Below, piece after piece: positions 6,322 to 14,694 of a stretch of 32,000 nt of DNA. Under the pieces are notes generated by a model. It ran no database searches and was not told where the DNA came from. It saw nothing but the letters and a program-made list of their open reading frames with translations. Both the position numbers and the translations under genes were made by a program. Each line of letters starts with the position of its first letter. Position 1 is the stretch's first letter. Source of the stretch: Pyrodictium abyssi (GTDB lineage: Archaea > Thermoproteota > Thermoprotei_A > Sulfolobales > Pyrodictiaceae); the NCBI RefSeq assembly GCF_036323395.1, contig NZ_AP028907.1, forward strand, positions 1,200,001 through 1,232,000, read 5' to 3'.

Positions 6322-7737
6322 TTGAAGGGGTCTAGCGGCTTTAACTGTGAGAGCGACGTGGACACTGTGCTCCAGGCTCTAGGGCACCCGCTGAGGCGCC
6401 GCATAGTGGAGGCTCTGGCCGAGGAGGGTGAGATGAGCTACGCTGACCTCATGAGGAGGGTTGGGGTCGAAGACTCGGGGACCTTCGCGTTCCACCTCCG
6501 GAGGCTCAGGGGCCTCGTCGAGAAGGACGAGGAGCGCGGCGTCTACCGGCTCACCGAGCTAGGGCTACGGGCCTACCAGGCGCTCCGCCTGGTCAAAACG
6601 GGGGCCTCCGGGGATGTGGGGGCCCGCGAGACAGGGGCCCCGGACCAGCACGAAGAGGGCAGCAGGCTGCTATCGCGGGAGGAGGCTGAGCGGCTCCGGG
6701 ATGAGGGCACCTTCTGGGTTATCAGCGACCGTACCAGCTTCCGGCTCACGAGGGAGCACCTGGAGAGAGCGCTTAGGCGCGGCAGGAGGATACTACTCAC
6801 CGACATAGCTACGCTCGTCATAGACCCGGTCCCCGAAGAGCTGTTCGAGGAGGCCGTCCACGCTATCACGGATGTTGCGCGCGTCTACGCCCCGGAGCAC
6901 CTGCGGGCTGTTCTGGACGAGAAGCTGCAAGATGTGCTCAGTGTAAAGTACTATGACCCGTCGGAGGGCGTGCCGCAGCCGGGGCTACTCGGGGCGCTCG
7001 TTGAGACCCTCGGCTCCATCATCTCGAAGATCGTCGAGGCAGCATTCATGGCCAAGGGTACGGGCAGGCAGCTGGTGGAGGTGGATAGGGTCTTCAGCCG
7101 GCACGGCGAGGAGCTGAGGCTCCGCGCAGAGGCCTGCTCTCTCGTCGTGCTCCCCGGGGAAGACGGCGACACGATACGCCTCCATGGCCGCTCCCGCGGA
7201 GAGCCCTCTGTGGAGGCTACGGAGGCCGAGGACGGGCTAGCCGTCTCTATACGTGGCTCGCGCGAGACTAGGCTACAGCTAGACCTGCCGCCCGGGTGGC
7301 CCCGCCGCCTAGCACTAGAGGCCCGGGCGGCCAGCGTCAAGGCCACGGACCTGGAGCTTGAGAAGCTGAGCGTCAAAGCCAGCGCGTCGGCCCTGATGAT
7401 AGCGGCTAGGCTCGTGGGCCGGAACCCCTCCGCGGAGATAGCGTGCGACACGAGCGCCCTCCAAGCGGAGCTTGGGGGAGACTGGCAGGGCGAAGCCCTA
7501 GTCTCGCTAAAGCTAGGCGCTTCCTCCGCCGAGATAGAGCTGGCTGTCCCGCAGAGCGTACGCGTGGCCGTCGAAACCCTGCTGACAGCGTCATCAGCCA
7601 GCATAGTGGTCGACGGGAAGCGGGTACACGGAGGCTTCATGGAGCCCGGCTACGAGGAGGCCGGGCAGAGGCTCCGGCTGCTAGTGGAGGGCGCCGTGGG
7701 CTCAGCCAAGGTAAACGTCAAGAGGCTGCGAGGGTAG
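6322..7737 (+). CDS. ArsR-family winged-HTH protein with a long beta-rich C-terminal domain (DUF4097-like)
   Basis: The wHTH region reads LQALGHPLRRRIVEALAEEGEMSYADLMRRVGVEDSGTFAFHLRRLRGLVEKDEERGVYRLTELG. About 330 further residues follow with repetitive short-strand sequence (LRLRAEACSLVVL, LAVSIRG, LQLDLP, LSVKASA, EIELAVP). The maximal ORF starts at 6094, but its first roughly 76-88 codons are Arg/Cys/Trp-rich and contain the palindrome. TTG 6322 or GTG 6358 are the likelier starts. Confidence 0.7.
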   Translation: MKGSSGFNCESDVDTVLQALGHPLRRRIVEALAEEGEMSYADLMRRVGVEDSGTFAFHLRRLRGLVEKDEERGVYRLTELGLRAYQALRLVKTGASGDVGARETGAPDQHEEGSRLLSREEAERLRDEGTFWVISDRTSFRLTREHLERALRRGRRILLTDIATLVIDPVPEELFEEAVHAITDVARVYAPEHLRAVLDEKLQDVLSVKYYDPSEGVPQPGLLGALVETLGSIISKIVEAAFMAKGTGRQLVEVDRVFSRHGEELRLRAEACSLVVLPGEDGDTIRLHGRSRGEPSVEATEAEDGLAVSIRGSRETRLQLDLPPGWPRRLALEARAASVKATDLELEKLSVKASASALMIAARLVGRNPSAEIACDTSALQAELGGDWQGEALVSLKLGASSAEIELAVPQSVRVAVETLLTASSASIVVDGKRVHGGFMEPGYEEAGQRLRLLVEGAVGSAKVNVKRLRG

Positions 7738-7837
7738 GCGACAGCAGAGCACCCGGGCCATGGTAATTGATAAATGCTTATAGCCGGGTAGCAGCCCACC
7801 CGCCGTAGCCACACCGCCGCATGGGTGTCTATGCGCC

Positions 7838-8728
7838 TTGAGGAGGCTTGCCGGGCTCTTGCTAGCGGCTTCCGCCCCGCTGGCCTGGGCTACCAACGTG
7901 GTGGCTTCCCGGGTCCTGGTGACGAGCGGGGTCAACCCGTTCGCCCTGACAGCGGTACGGTGGACCGTAGCAGCCCTGCTGATGGCCGTGTACTCGCTCG
8001 CCAGGGGCCTGGGGGTGCCTGTTGGCCGCCGCCTTCTGGTCGCGGGGCTTCTCGGGATAACCATGTTCAATAACCTGCTCTACCTGGCCCTCGGCTATGC
8101 GCCGGCTGCGCTGGTCGGCCTCGTGTTCGGCCTACTCCCCGCAGTAACGATGCTCATGGCCCGCGCCCTTGGGGTTGAACGGGGCGACCGGGTGCTAGCC
8201 CTAGCCGCAGCCGTGGGCCTCCTGGGCGTCGCGCTGCTCGAGGCTGAGGGGCTCCGGAGCCCCGGCAGCATGGAGTGGCTCGGCGTGCTCCTAGCACTCG
8301 CCGACGTGGCGGTCTGGGCGCTCTACACGATAGAGTCGCGCCGCCTTACCCGCGGCCTTCACCCCCTGGCAGCGCTGACCGGCAGCACCGTGCTCAGCAC
8401 ACCCTTCAACACTGCTATAGCGCTACCCTGGCTCTCGGAGAGCCTCGCCGCGCTAGGGGACCCCTTGCTCCTAGCGCTCCTGCTCTACGTGGCTGCTGTG
8501 CCCGGCTTCCTAGCCTACCTGGCGTGGTTCCACGCGGTCAAGGAGCTCGGCCCGACCACCACGAGCCTCTTCGTGAACCTGCTTCCGCCCGCGACGCTAC
8601 TACTAGCGGTCGCTGTGCTGGGCGAGAAGCCGCGCGGGCTACAGCTAGCCGGTACAGCGCTCATACTGCTAAGCCTAGCCCTGGCAGCACGCAGGCAGCT
8701 ACAGCTAGCCTCCCACGAGGCCAGCTAG
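7838..8728 (+). CDS. EamA/DMT-family transporter
   Basis: 296 aa from a TTG start, with about 10 hydrophobic helices in two similar halves. The sequence is typical of the drug/metabolite transporter family (LLAASAPLAWATNVVASR..., ALYTIESRRL..., LGEKP). Confidence 0.75.
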   Translation: MRRLAGLLLAASAPLAWATNVVASRVLVTSGVNPFALTAVRWTVAALLMAVYSLARGLGVPVGRRLLVAGLLGITMFNNLLYLALGYAPAALVGLVFGLLPAVTMLMARALGVERGDRVLALAAAVGLLGVALLEAEGLRSPGSMEWLGVLLALADVAVWALYTIESRRLTRGLHPLAALTGSTVLSTPFNTAIALPWLSESLAALGDPLLLALLLYVAAVPGFLAYLAWFHAVKELGPTTTSLFVNLLPPATLLLAVAVLGEKPRGLQLAGTALILLSLALAARRQLQLASHEAS

Positions 8729-8746
8729 AGGACACTGGGGCGCTAT

Positions 8747-9202
8747 TCATCGCTGTTGCGGCTGTGCAGCTGTAGCAGCTTCCTTATCCTCGAATAAGGC
8801 CTTCTCCGTCTCCCCCAGTAGATAGTATGCTTCAACGCCGTATCTCCGGGCGCTCAGAACCTGCACCCTATCGTTCGAGACCAGGATGGAGCTTGTCTTC
8901 GAGGCACATGCTATGTAGTAGGCGTCGGCCGCTCTGGACCCAGTGGCTATGGCCACACGGTAGGCATCCTCGTCAAGGTTGGTGCACACACGGATCCTAG
9001 ATACAATCTCCTCCACCAGTTGTTCAACAACATCCCTAGGGTTAAGGCGTACCAAGAGCCCGGCAAGCTCCACCCGGAAGAGTGCAGGCTCGTATATAGC
9101 TAGGCCCTCGACCTCTGCGAAGAACTTCTCAGCTAGTCTAAGACGGGCCTCATCCCTCGCGTTGAACAAGTCGAACCACAACGAAGCATCAACAACTATC
9201 AT
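8747..9202 (-). CDS. vapC: PIN-domain ribonuclease toxin (VapC)
   Basis: It begins MIVVDASLWFDLF (first acidic PIN residue) and later has SNDRV. A small antitoxin-like ORF ends 6 nt upstream. Confidence 0.8.
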   Translation of the reverse strand: MIVVDASLWFDLFNARDEARLRLAEKFFAEVEGLAIYEPALFRVELAGLLVRLNPRDVVEQLVEEIVSRIRVCTNLDEDAYRVAIATGSRAADAYYIACASKTSSILVSNDRVQVLSARRYGVEAYYLLGETEKALFEDKEAATAAQPQQR

Positions 9203-9208
9203 GCCGCT

Positions 9209-9394
9209 TCAACGCCTCTCGGCGAGGTACCCGTCTATATCCTCGGAGGAGAGCTTGACGCCGTGCTTTTCGCGGTAACGGCGTGCTACATCAACTATGC
9301 TCTCCTCGATCCTTACTAGTACGTGCTGCCCTTCGTATAGGTCAAGCCTCTCTAGAGGCCTTAGTACCCCCTTCTCGTAGACTGCTCTTACTAC
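9209..9394 (-). CDS. DUF104 (AF2212-like) antitoxin-family protein, with no canonical start codon
   Basis: My manual translation of the minus strand gives (TR)VVRAVYEKGVLRPLERLDLYEGQHVLVRIEESIVDVARRYREKHGVKLSSEDIDGYLAERR*. The AVYEKGVLRPLE..L.L.EG..V.V signature is typical of DUF104 antitoxins paired with PIN toxins. The frame is closed by TGA at 9401-9403. There is no in-frame ATG, GTG or TTG, which explains its absence from the ORF track. Confidence 0.55.
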   Translation of the reverse strand, partial: VVRAVYEKGVLRPLERLDLYEGQHVLVRIEESIVDVARRYREKHGVKLSSEDIDGYLAERR

Positions 9395-9572
9395 TCTAGT
9401 TCACACCTTGTACCCATGTACCGTAGCACCGGCACTCCGGATAAGCACAGTGGCTATTCCAACACCCTCCGGGTGCATCACTCTCCACGCGTTAAGCCAG
9501 GTGAAAAGCTAGGCTTAGACCCCGTTAGCCGACTGGGGGCTTGTCGCTACACTGTGGCTGTCGCCGCGTGTT

Positions 9573-10007
9573 CTAGGCTGGTGGGCCGGGGTCCTCGTAC
9601 TCCACTACGAGCCATACATGGCTTCCATCGCTCCTCGGCACTGGTGCCAGGAGGAGGGCATGCGCCGGGTCCTCCAGCTGGGGGCTTCTGCCGGCGGCTA
9701 GCGTGTAGGGAGCCGCCTCGACCGTGTACGGCGGTGTGTATACTGTGGGTCCCGGGGCTGGGCAGGCCTGTGCCTCTAGTAGGAGTAGCTCTGCCTCGGC
9801 CACGGCTCTCGCGGCTAGGCGCATGCCCGGCGGCTTGGCGGCCACTGTGCCCGGCTCTAGGAGCTGGGTGCTCTCATTGGTCTCTGCCGCCACTGTGCCG
9901 CGGAGGACAAGGAGGATTATGCAGCCCGCTTCTCCGAGGACTAGTACTGTGCCCTTGTCCAGCCTCTCTAGTCTAGGGCTCCCGGCTCGCCCGGGAAGGG
10001 GCTCCAC
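9573..10007 (-). CDS. Hypothetical protein, possibly cupin-like
   Basis: 144 aa from a GTG start. Codon usage resembles neighbouring genes. The segment VLVLGEAGCIILLVLRGTVAAE...LLEPGTVAAKPPGMRLAARAVAEAELLLLE resembles cupin beta-strands. The overlapping plus-strand ORFs are Arg/Pro/Cys-rich and look like shadow ORFs. Confidence 0.45.
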   Translation of the reverse strand: MEPLPGRAGSPRLERLDKGTVLVLGEAGCIILLVLRGTVAAETNESTQLLEPGTVAAKPPGMRLAARAVAEAELLLLEAQACPAPGPTVYTPPYTVEAAPYTLAAGRSPQLEDPAHALLLAPVPRSDGSHVWLVVEYEDPGPPA

Positions 10008-10049
10008 ACGCTGTTGGAGGGATAATACGCGGCCACCTCCCGGTCCAGC

Positions 10050-10970
10050 ATGCTTCCTTCGGAGCGCGTGTCTGGGCCAGTGTTGCCCACCCGCGTGGGG
10101 CTAGTTAAACTGTTCGCCCCCGAGGGGCCCGCCGCGCGTGGTAGGCTGCGCCGGGGCGCTAAGAGGGGCCGCGGGGCCTGCCCCCAGGCGGGGGTGCAGC
10201 GGGGCCTGGTTGAGCGCGGCCGGTTGAGGGCTCTAGCGCTGCTAGCGGGCGTCTTCGCCGCGCCGGGGCTGCTGGAGCCGCCGCTCGCCGGCGTGGAGCT
10301 TACCCGGGTGCGGCTGGGGCTAGGCCGCCGGGTGCTACTCCTAGCAGACATGCACATCCACGGCAAGCCCAACGCCATGGCGGTGGAGGCTGCTAGAGCC
10401 TCCAAGCCCGACGTGATAGTCGTCGCCGGGGATACGTGGGACGAGCGCAGCCCAGGCCTAGCCGCCGTCGAGGAGACGCTCAGAGAGGCTGCGAGGCATG
10501 CGCGCGCCGGGGTCGCGGTGCTCGGCAACCACGAGGAGTGGGCCCGGGACAGGATAAGCCTCGAGGATGGGATACGGGTGCTCGAGGACGCGGGCTACAC
10601 CGTGCTCGTGGACAGCGACGCCGAGGTGCAGGGGCTACGGGTCGCCGGGCTCCGGTGGAGAGACAACCCGAGGCGCTACGAGGAGCCCCTCAGCCGGCTA
10701 GCCCCGGGGACCGACATAGTCGTCTCCCACAGCCCTGACGCGTTCAACCACCTCCCCAGGGCCGCGGGGAGGCTCGTCATGCTCTCGGGCCACACGCACG
10801 GCGGGCAGTGGTGCCTGCCGGGCGGCTACGCTCCCTTTACCAACAGCGTCTACGGCTACCGGTGGGGCCTCTACCGCCGCGGCGAGGCAGCGCTGTACGT
10901 CAGCCGGGGCCTAGGCGAGATGATCCCGCCCAGGCTGTACTGCCGCTACCAGGCCGTAGTCATAGAGTAA
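10050..10970 (+). CDS. Metallophosphoesterase (YkuE/YaeI-like)
   Basis: Motifs LLLADMHIHG, VVAGDTWD, VLGNHE and SGHTHGGQ are present. The first roughly 48 codons are Arg/Gly-rich, so GTG 10194, just before the hydrophobic segment LRALALLAGVFAAPGLL, is a plausible true start. Confidence 0.8.
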   Translation: MLPSERVSGPVLPTRVGLVKLFAPEGPAARGRLRRGAKRGRGACPQAGVQRGLVERGRLRALALLAGVFAAPGLLEPPLAGVELTRVRLGLGRRVLLLADMHIHGKPNAMAVEAARASKPDVIVVAGDTWDERSPGLAAVEETLREAARHARAGVAVLGNHEEWARDRISLEDGIRVLEDAGYTVLVDSDAEVQGLRVAGLRWRDNPRRYEEPLSRLAPGTDIVVSHSPDAFNHLPRAAGRLVMLSGHTHGGQWCLPGGYAPFTNSVYGYRWGLYRRGEAALYVSRGLGEMIPPRLYCRYQAVVIE

Positions 10971-11016
10971 CACCGCGTGATGGCCGGCCACCATGTGTCC
11001 TCGGCCCGGGGCCTAG

Positions 11017-11970
11017 ATGCACGTGTTACCAGCCCCTCCAGGGGCCCGGGGATCCTGGGGGATGGCGGTTAGGGGCCAGGGCTTCACAGTGGAGGCCCAG
11101 CTGGGCCTAGCCCGGGTGCTCTCCCCCGGCGGCACCGTGGAGCCGGCAGTGGTCTACAGGGGCAGGGTCTACCCCCTAGGGGCCTGGGGCTACAGCGACG
11201 TGAGAGAGGTCATGCTCGAGAACCCGCCGGAGGAGTTCGAGAGCCTCGCGCGCAGCGTCGCCTCGAGCGACCGTGGGCTCCCGCTCCACGGGGTCCGGCT
11301 AGCAGCGCCAGTGGACCGGCCAGGCAAGCTAGTGCTGGTCGGCCTCAACTACATGGACCACGCCCGCGAGATACGCCGGGAGCCGCCCCGGGTGCCCGAC
11401 CTCTTCACCAAGACCAGTAACACGGTCATAGGGCCCGGGGACCCCATCGTGCTCCACGACCCCGGGCTCCGGGTGGACGCCGAGGCCGAGCTAGCAGCGG
11501 TCATAGGGCTCCCAGGCCGCAGCCTAGAGCCCGAGGAGGCCCTAGAGGTGGTCTGGGGCTACACCTGCCTCAACGACGTCTCAGCCCGGACCGAGCAGCT
11601 CCTATCCGGGGCCACCCAGTGGTGGAGGGGCAAGAGCAGAGACACCTACGCGCCCATAGGCCCCGTGATAGTGCCGCGCGTGCTCCTAGACCCCGGGCAG
11701 GGGCTCCGCCTAAGACTGCTAGTCTCCGGCGAAACCCTCCAAGACGGCACCACACGGGACATGATACACAACGTCGCGGTGCTAGTCTCCTACACGAGCA
11801 GGGGCACACTCCTAGAACCCGGCGACATAATAGCCACCGGGACCCCCGCCGGGGTAGGCCACGCACGCCAGCCGCCACGCTACCTAGAGCCCGGCGACAC
11901 CGTAGCCGTGTGCATCGAGGCGATAGGCTGCATAGAGAACCCCGTAGTACCCGACACCCAGCCCGCCTAG
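11017..11970 (+). CDS. Fumarylacetoacetate hydrolase (FAH) family protein
   Basis: Motifs LVGLNYMDHAREI, PDLFTKTSNTVIGPGDPIV, VDAEAELAAVIG, GYTCLNDVSAR, WWRGKSRDTYAPIGP and ATGTPAGVG are present. ATG 11062 is an alternative start. Confidence 0.85.
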   Translation: MHVLPAPPGARGSWGMAVRGQGFTVEAQLGLARVLSPGGTVEPAVVYRGRVYPLGAWGYSDVREVMLENPPEEFESLARSVASSDRGLPLHGVRLAAPVDRPGKLVLVGLNYMDHAREIRREPPRVPDLFTKTSNTVIGPGDPIVLHDPGLRVDAEAELAAVIGLPGRSLEPEEALEVVWGYTCLNDVSARTEQLLSGATQWWRGKSRDTYAPIGPVIVPRVLLDPGQGLRLRLLVSGETLQDGTTRDMIHNVAVLVSYTSRGTLLEPGDIIATGTPAGVGHARQPPRYLEPGDTVAVCIEAIGCIENPVVPDTQPA

Positions 11971-12328
11971 AGCACCGAGATACACGAGCAGAGTCGACGC
12001 CAAAAGAACGCCCCTTCAGCCCTCGAACTCTTCCTCCAGGTCTATCTCCGCTAGCTCGCCGAGCCTAGCTCTTCCGGCCCTCAACTGGGCACGCCTCTCA
12101 CGAAGCTACCGGAGCACATTCTTCAGCTGCGCATCATAGGCCATAAGCTCCTCCCCCTGGGCCCGAGTAGAGCGTAGCCCCTCTATGACCATAAGCCTCG
12201 CAGAGAGCCCCCCGGGTACCACTATCTATCCCTTAGGTCCAGTCCTTCTGTCCTCGGTCTAACCAGGGGCCACACTGTGCAAGAGGCTAGCAGTATTCAA
12301 GGCTAAAATAGACATCCAGTAGCAGGGG

Positions 12329-12445
12329 CTAGTTGCTAGCCGTAGCAGGACAGTCCGAGCCCCCAGCCGCCCCAGGCGCTAACAGAAGGGCAATAACCGC
12401 GCCCAGCCATAGCCCGGCGCCAAGGAGTACAGCGTGTCTACCCAT
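12329..12445 (-). CDS. Possible 38-aa single-TM peptide
   Basis: My manual translation gives MGRHAVLLGAGLWLGAVIALLLAPGAAGGSDCPATASN*. Its ATG lies a few nt after the stop of the co-oriented membrane-protein gene. It is short, so support is weak. Confidence 0.25.
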   Translation of the reverse strand: MGRHAVLLGAGLWLGAVIALLLAPGAAGGSDCPATASN

Positions 12446-12452
12446 TTAGGCG

Positions 12453-12800
12453 CTATAGCTTCTCGTAGGCGTATCTACGCGCCTCCCCGACCAGCTCGTA
12501 CATTGATGCGAGAGCAAGCAATAACATTGCCGCCCCGGCTAGACCCGGGCCGTAGAGGAGGAAGCCTAGCAGCCCCAGCACCGCGACGAAGAGATAATGG
12601 GCCACTGCTAGCAGCTCTGGGACGCGGTCCCTGGGCAGCGAAGCCAGGAGCAGAATCGCGTAGTTTATCGCCGAGCCTATATTCCGGGCTATGAGGGAAT
12701 AGAGTAGCCCGGCTAGACCCGTCACTAGGCCTAGAGCAGCTAGAATACCTATCCACTGCCGACTATCCCTGGAAGTGCCCGTAGTACCCCCCGGGCTCAA
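12453..12800 (-). CDS. Hypothetical integral membrane protein
   Basis: 115 aa from a TTG start, with three or four clear hydrophobic helices (WIGILAALGLVTGLAGLLYSLI, AINYAILLLASL, LFVAVLGLLGFLLYGPGLAGAAMLLLALA). Confidence 0.55.
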   Translation of the reverse strand: MSPGGTTGTSRDSRQWIGILAALGLVTGLAGLLYSLIARNIGSAINYAILLLASLPRDRVPELLAVAHYLFVAVLGLLGFLLYGPGLAGAAMLLLALASMYELVGEARRYAYEKL

Positions 12801-13024
12801 CTAATGCAGCACCATATGAGACACATCGAATACAGGTCTGCATATCTTAAGTGATGTGCCCCAGGAACCGTAGACACCTTCGGATATCCTGCCGAGCGGG
12901 CTAGCCGTGGCCCGCTACCTGTGGCTAGCTAGCGCCCAGCGCTGCACCGCCGATATACTATCACGTTATCCTCGTATTATCGTGTCCGCTTCCTTTTAGA
13001 AGTAGCGCCATTAAACTCCAGACA

Positions 13025-13102
13025 ATGAGGTATACCTATCAAGTAGATGACGCTACGCCGGAGATAGAGCTAAGCAGCCATGCCAAGAGAAGGATTGAGT
13101 AG
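13025..13102 (+). pseudogene. 5' fragment of a DUF4258-like toxin gene, cut off by an in-frame TAG
   Basis: ATG 13025 encodes MRYTYQVDDATPEIELSSHAKRRIE, followed by TAG at 13100-13102. The same frame continues RGIAIEAVIDT into the ORF at 13136. LS.HA..R..(x)RGI is the N-terminal DUF4258 signature. Confidence 0.5.
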
Positions 13103-13135
13103 CGAGGCATAGCCATCGAGGCAGTAATAGACACC

Positions 13136-13597
13136 ATGCTTAGCCCTAGCTATGAACTATACGATGTAAAAGAGAGCACGCTCATATATACTTCGGAGAA
13201 GCACCGGCTGGTTGTCGCGGCTGTACGCCGTCCCGGAGACAAACTATACGTTGTCACCGTTATACCTGTGAGCAATCTTGAAAGCCTTGTGTCTAGGAGG
13301 ATTAGGAGGGCCGGTGGATACCGTTCGATAGAGGAGCTAGTAGAGGGCAGGATAATTGAGTACGACCCCGGATCCGATATCCTGGTTATACGTATACGCC
13401 GGGGCAAGGCTGTCGACGGCGAGTGGCTGGATAACGACGTGGTGCTACTGTATGGAGAGGATGGTAGGCTCCTCGAGGTGGAGGTCCACCGCGCCCGTGG
13501 TCGTGGCCTCGTGGAGGCCGTGCTGGAGCTGAGCGAGCGGCTAGGGCTCCGGCCAATGCGGCGGGCGGCTGAGGCTAGCCATGTAGAGGCTACGTGA
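13136..13597 (+). CDS. DUF4258-like (C-terminal part) fused to a DUF2283-like domain
   Basis: 153-aa ORF. The N-terminal part (LIYTSEKHRLVVAAVRRPGDKLYVVTVIPVS) continues the DUF4258 fold begun upstream of the TAG. The second part, IIEYDPGSDILVIRIRRGKAVDGEWLDNDVVLLYGEDGRLLEVEV, fits the DUF2283 pattern (YD.e.D.L.I....g......vd.d..G.lvgiEi). Confidence 0.65.
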   Translation: MLSPSYELYDVKESTLIYTSEKHRLVVAAVRRPGDKLYVVTVIPVSNLESLVSRRIRRAGGYRSIEELVEGRIIEYDPGSDILVIRIRRGKAVDGEWLDNDVVLLYGEDGRLLEVEVHRARGRGLVEAVLELSERLGLRPMRRAAEASHVEAT

Positions 13598-13652
13598 GCG
13601 CACAGAGGAGGGCCCCCGGGGCCGCGGGATACAGCATAACCTGCGGCATTGT

Positions 13653-14561
13653 CTAGGGCTGCTGCGTGCTCGTGGTCTGGTTGTCTTCTTTGGTGCTCTT
13701 TCTGGCTCGGGCTAGGCGGCTGCGTGCCTTCTCTAGTACTGGGCCGAGTAGCTCCATGTGCTGGTCTACCGTGTAGTGCCTGTATGGCGCTGGCCTGCCC
13801 CGGTACACAACCCTCTCGCTGAGCGTGGCTGAGTCTACCCGTGTTACCTCGACGCCGCTGCTGTCCAGGCGTATGACGTTGAAGGATGGTGATGTGCCTG
13901 CTTTTAGCTTGATTGTTGTCGCGGTCCCGGCGTGTAGTATCAGCATGCCGTTGAGCTCCCATACCCATGGTACGTGCTTGTGGCCCGAGAGCACTATGTT
14001 GACGCCTAGCCGGAGGAGTAGGTCTAGGAAGTCTCCAGCGTCGACTGGTATGTTTCTCTCACGCCCGGTCCCGGGCACCGGTACTAGGTGGTGGTGTAGC
14101 GCTACTATCTTCAGGCCGTTGCACTTCTCTAGGTTCTGCTCTACTATCCTGTACGCGAGCCTACCTATGTGGCCGTCGTCTAGGTCTGGCTCGCTCGAGT
14201 CGACGCCCTGTATGCATACCCGGCCACGGTGGCTTATGAAGGGGTAGCGTGTGCCGAATACGTGCTCGAAGACGACATAGCCCATGTTCCTCGAGTCGTG
14301 GTTGCCGGGCACGACGAGCAGCTCGGCCGTGTTTATCCTGGCTAGCAGGTCTATCGCCTTCTCGTACTCGTGTACAAACCCGTAGTCCGTGATGTCCCCA
14401 GTCACCACCACGATGTCCGGCTCCACTCTGTTCACATAGCCTATCACGTTCTCTGCCAGCTTTGGCGAGAAGACCCCGGCGCCTACGTGCAGGTCTGAAA
14501 GGTGTACTATCACTGTCACCACGTAGCCACCAGGAGCTATGCTCAGTATGATGATTTCCAC
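13653..14561 (-). CDS. Metallophosphoesterase (calcineurin-like)
   Basis: Motifs VIVHLSDLHVG, VVVTGDITDYG, VPGNHDS, ALHHHLVPVPG and LSGHKHVP are present. The start may lie a few codons downstream of the first candidate. Confidence 0.85.
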   Translation of the reverse strand: MEIIILSIAPGGYVVTVIVHLSDLHVGAGVFSPKLAENVIGYVNRVEPDIVVVTGDITDYGFVHEYEKAIDLLARINTAELLVVPGNHDSRNMGYVVFEHVFGTRYPFISHRGRVCIQGVDSSEPDLDDGHIGRLAYRIVEQNLEKCNGLKIVALHHHLVPVPGTGRERNIPVDAGDFLDLLLRLGVNIVLSGHKHVPWVWELNGMLILHAGTATTIKLKAGTSPSFNVIRLDSSGVEVTRVDSATLSERVVYRGRPAPYRHYTVDQHMELLGPVLEKARSRLARARKSTKEDNQTTSTQQP

Positions 14562-14694
14562 GAAGCAGGTAATATAGTCCCCTCTCCGGCCTTGGGTGGA
14601 GCTGGCATTGTTCTAGCTTGCACGTTAACCCTTAGGATACCTGGCTTGCTCTACAAAAACACTCCTAGGTGCACAATATGGCCAAAATGTAGTT

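Noticed and set aside
6951-7640. 229-aa antisense ORF. Similar cases are 9968-10528, 13150-13968, 18593-19093, 19501-20058 and 20455-21261.
   Set aside because: All are Ser/Arg/Pro/Ala-rich. All lie antisense or out of frame to genes with clear family motifs. I treat them as GC-driven spurious ORFs.
12016-12222. Minus-strand frame from GTG 12222 (in-frame ATG 12192) reading from the ATG MVIEGLRSTRAQGEELMAYDAQLKNVLR-TAG-LRERRAQLRAGRARLGELAEIDLEEEFEG, a second TAG-interrupted ORF within 1 kb of the DUF4258 case
   Set aside because: It is too short and has no family signature. TAG (from the abundant CTA/TAG strings) is common in this genome. I cannot distinguish a gene remnant from chance.
14548-14554. 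ATGATGA (C-box-like) near the metallophosphoesterase start, considered as a C/D-box sRNA
   Set aside because: No CTGA D box or C'/D' elements occur at a suitable distance downstream, and the motif overlaps the 5' end of the CDS.
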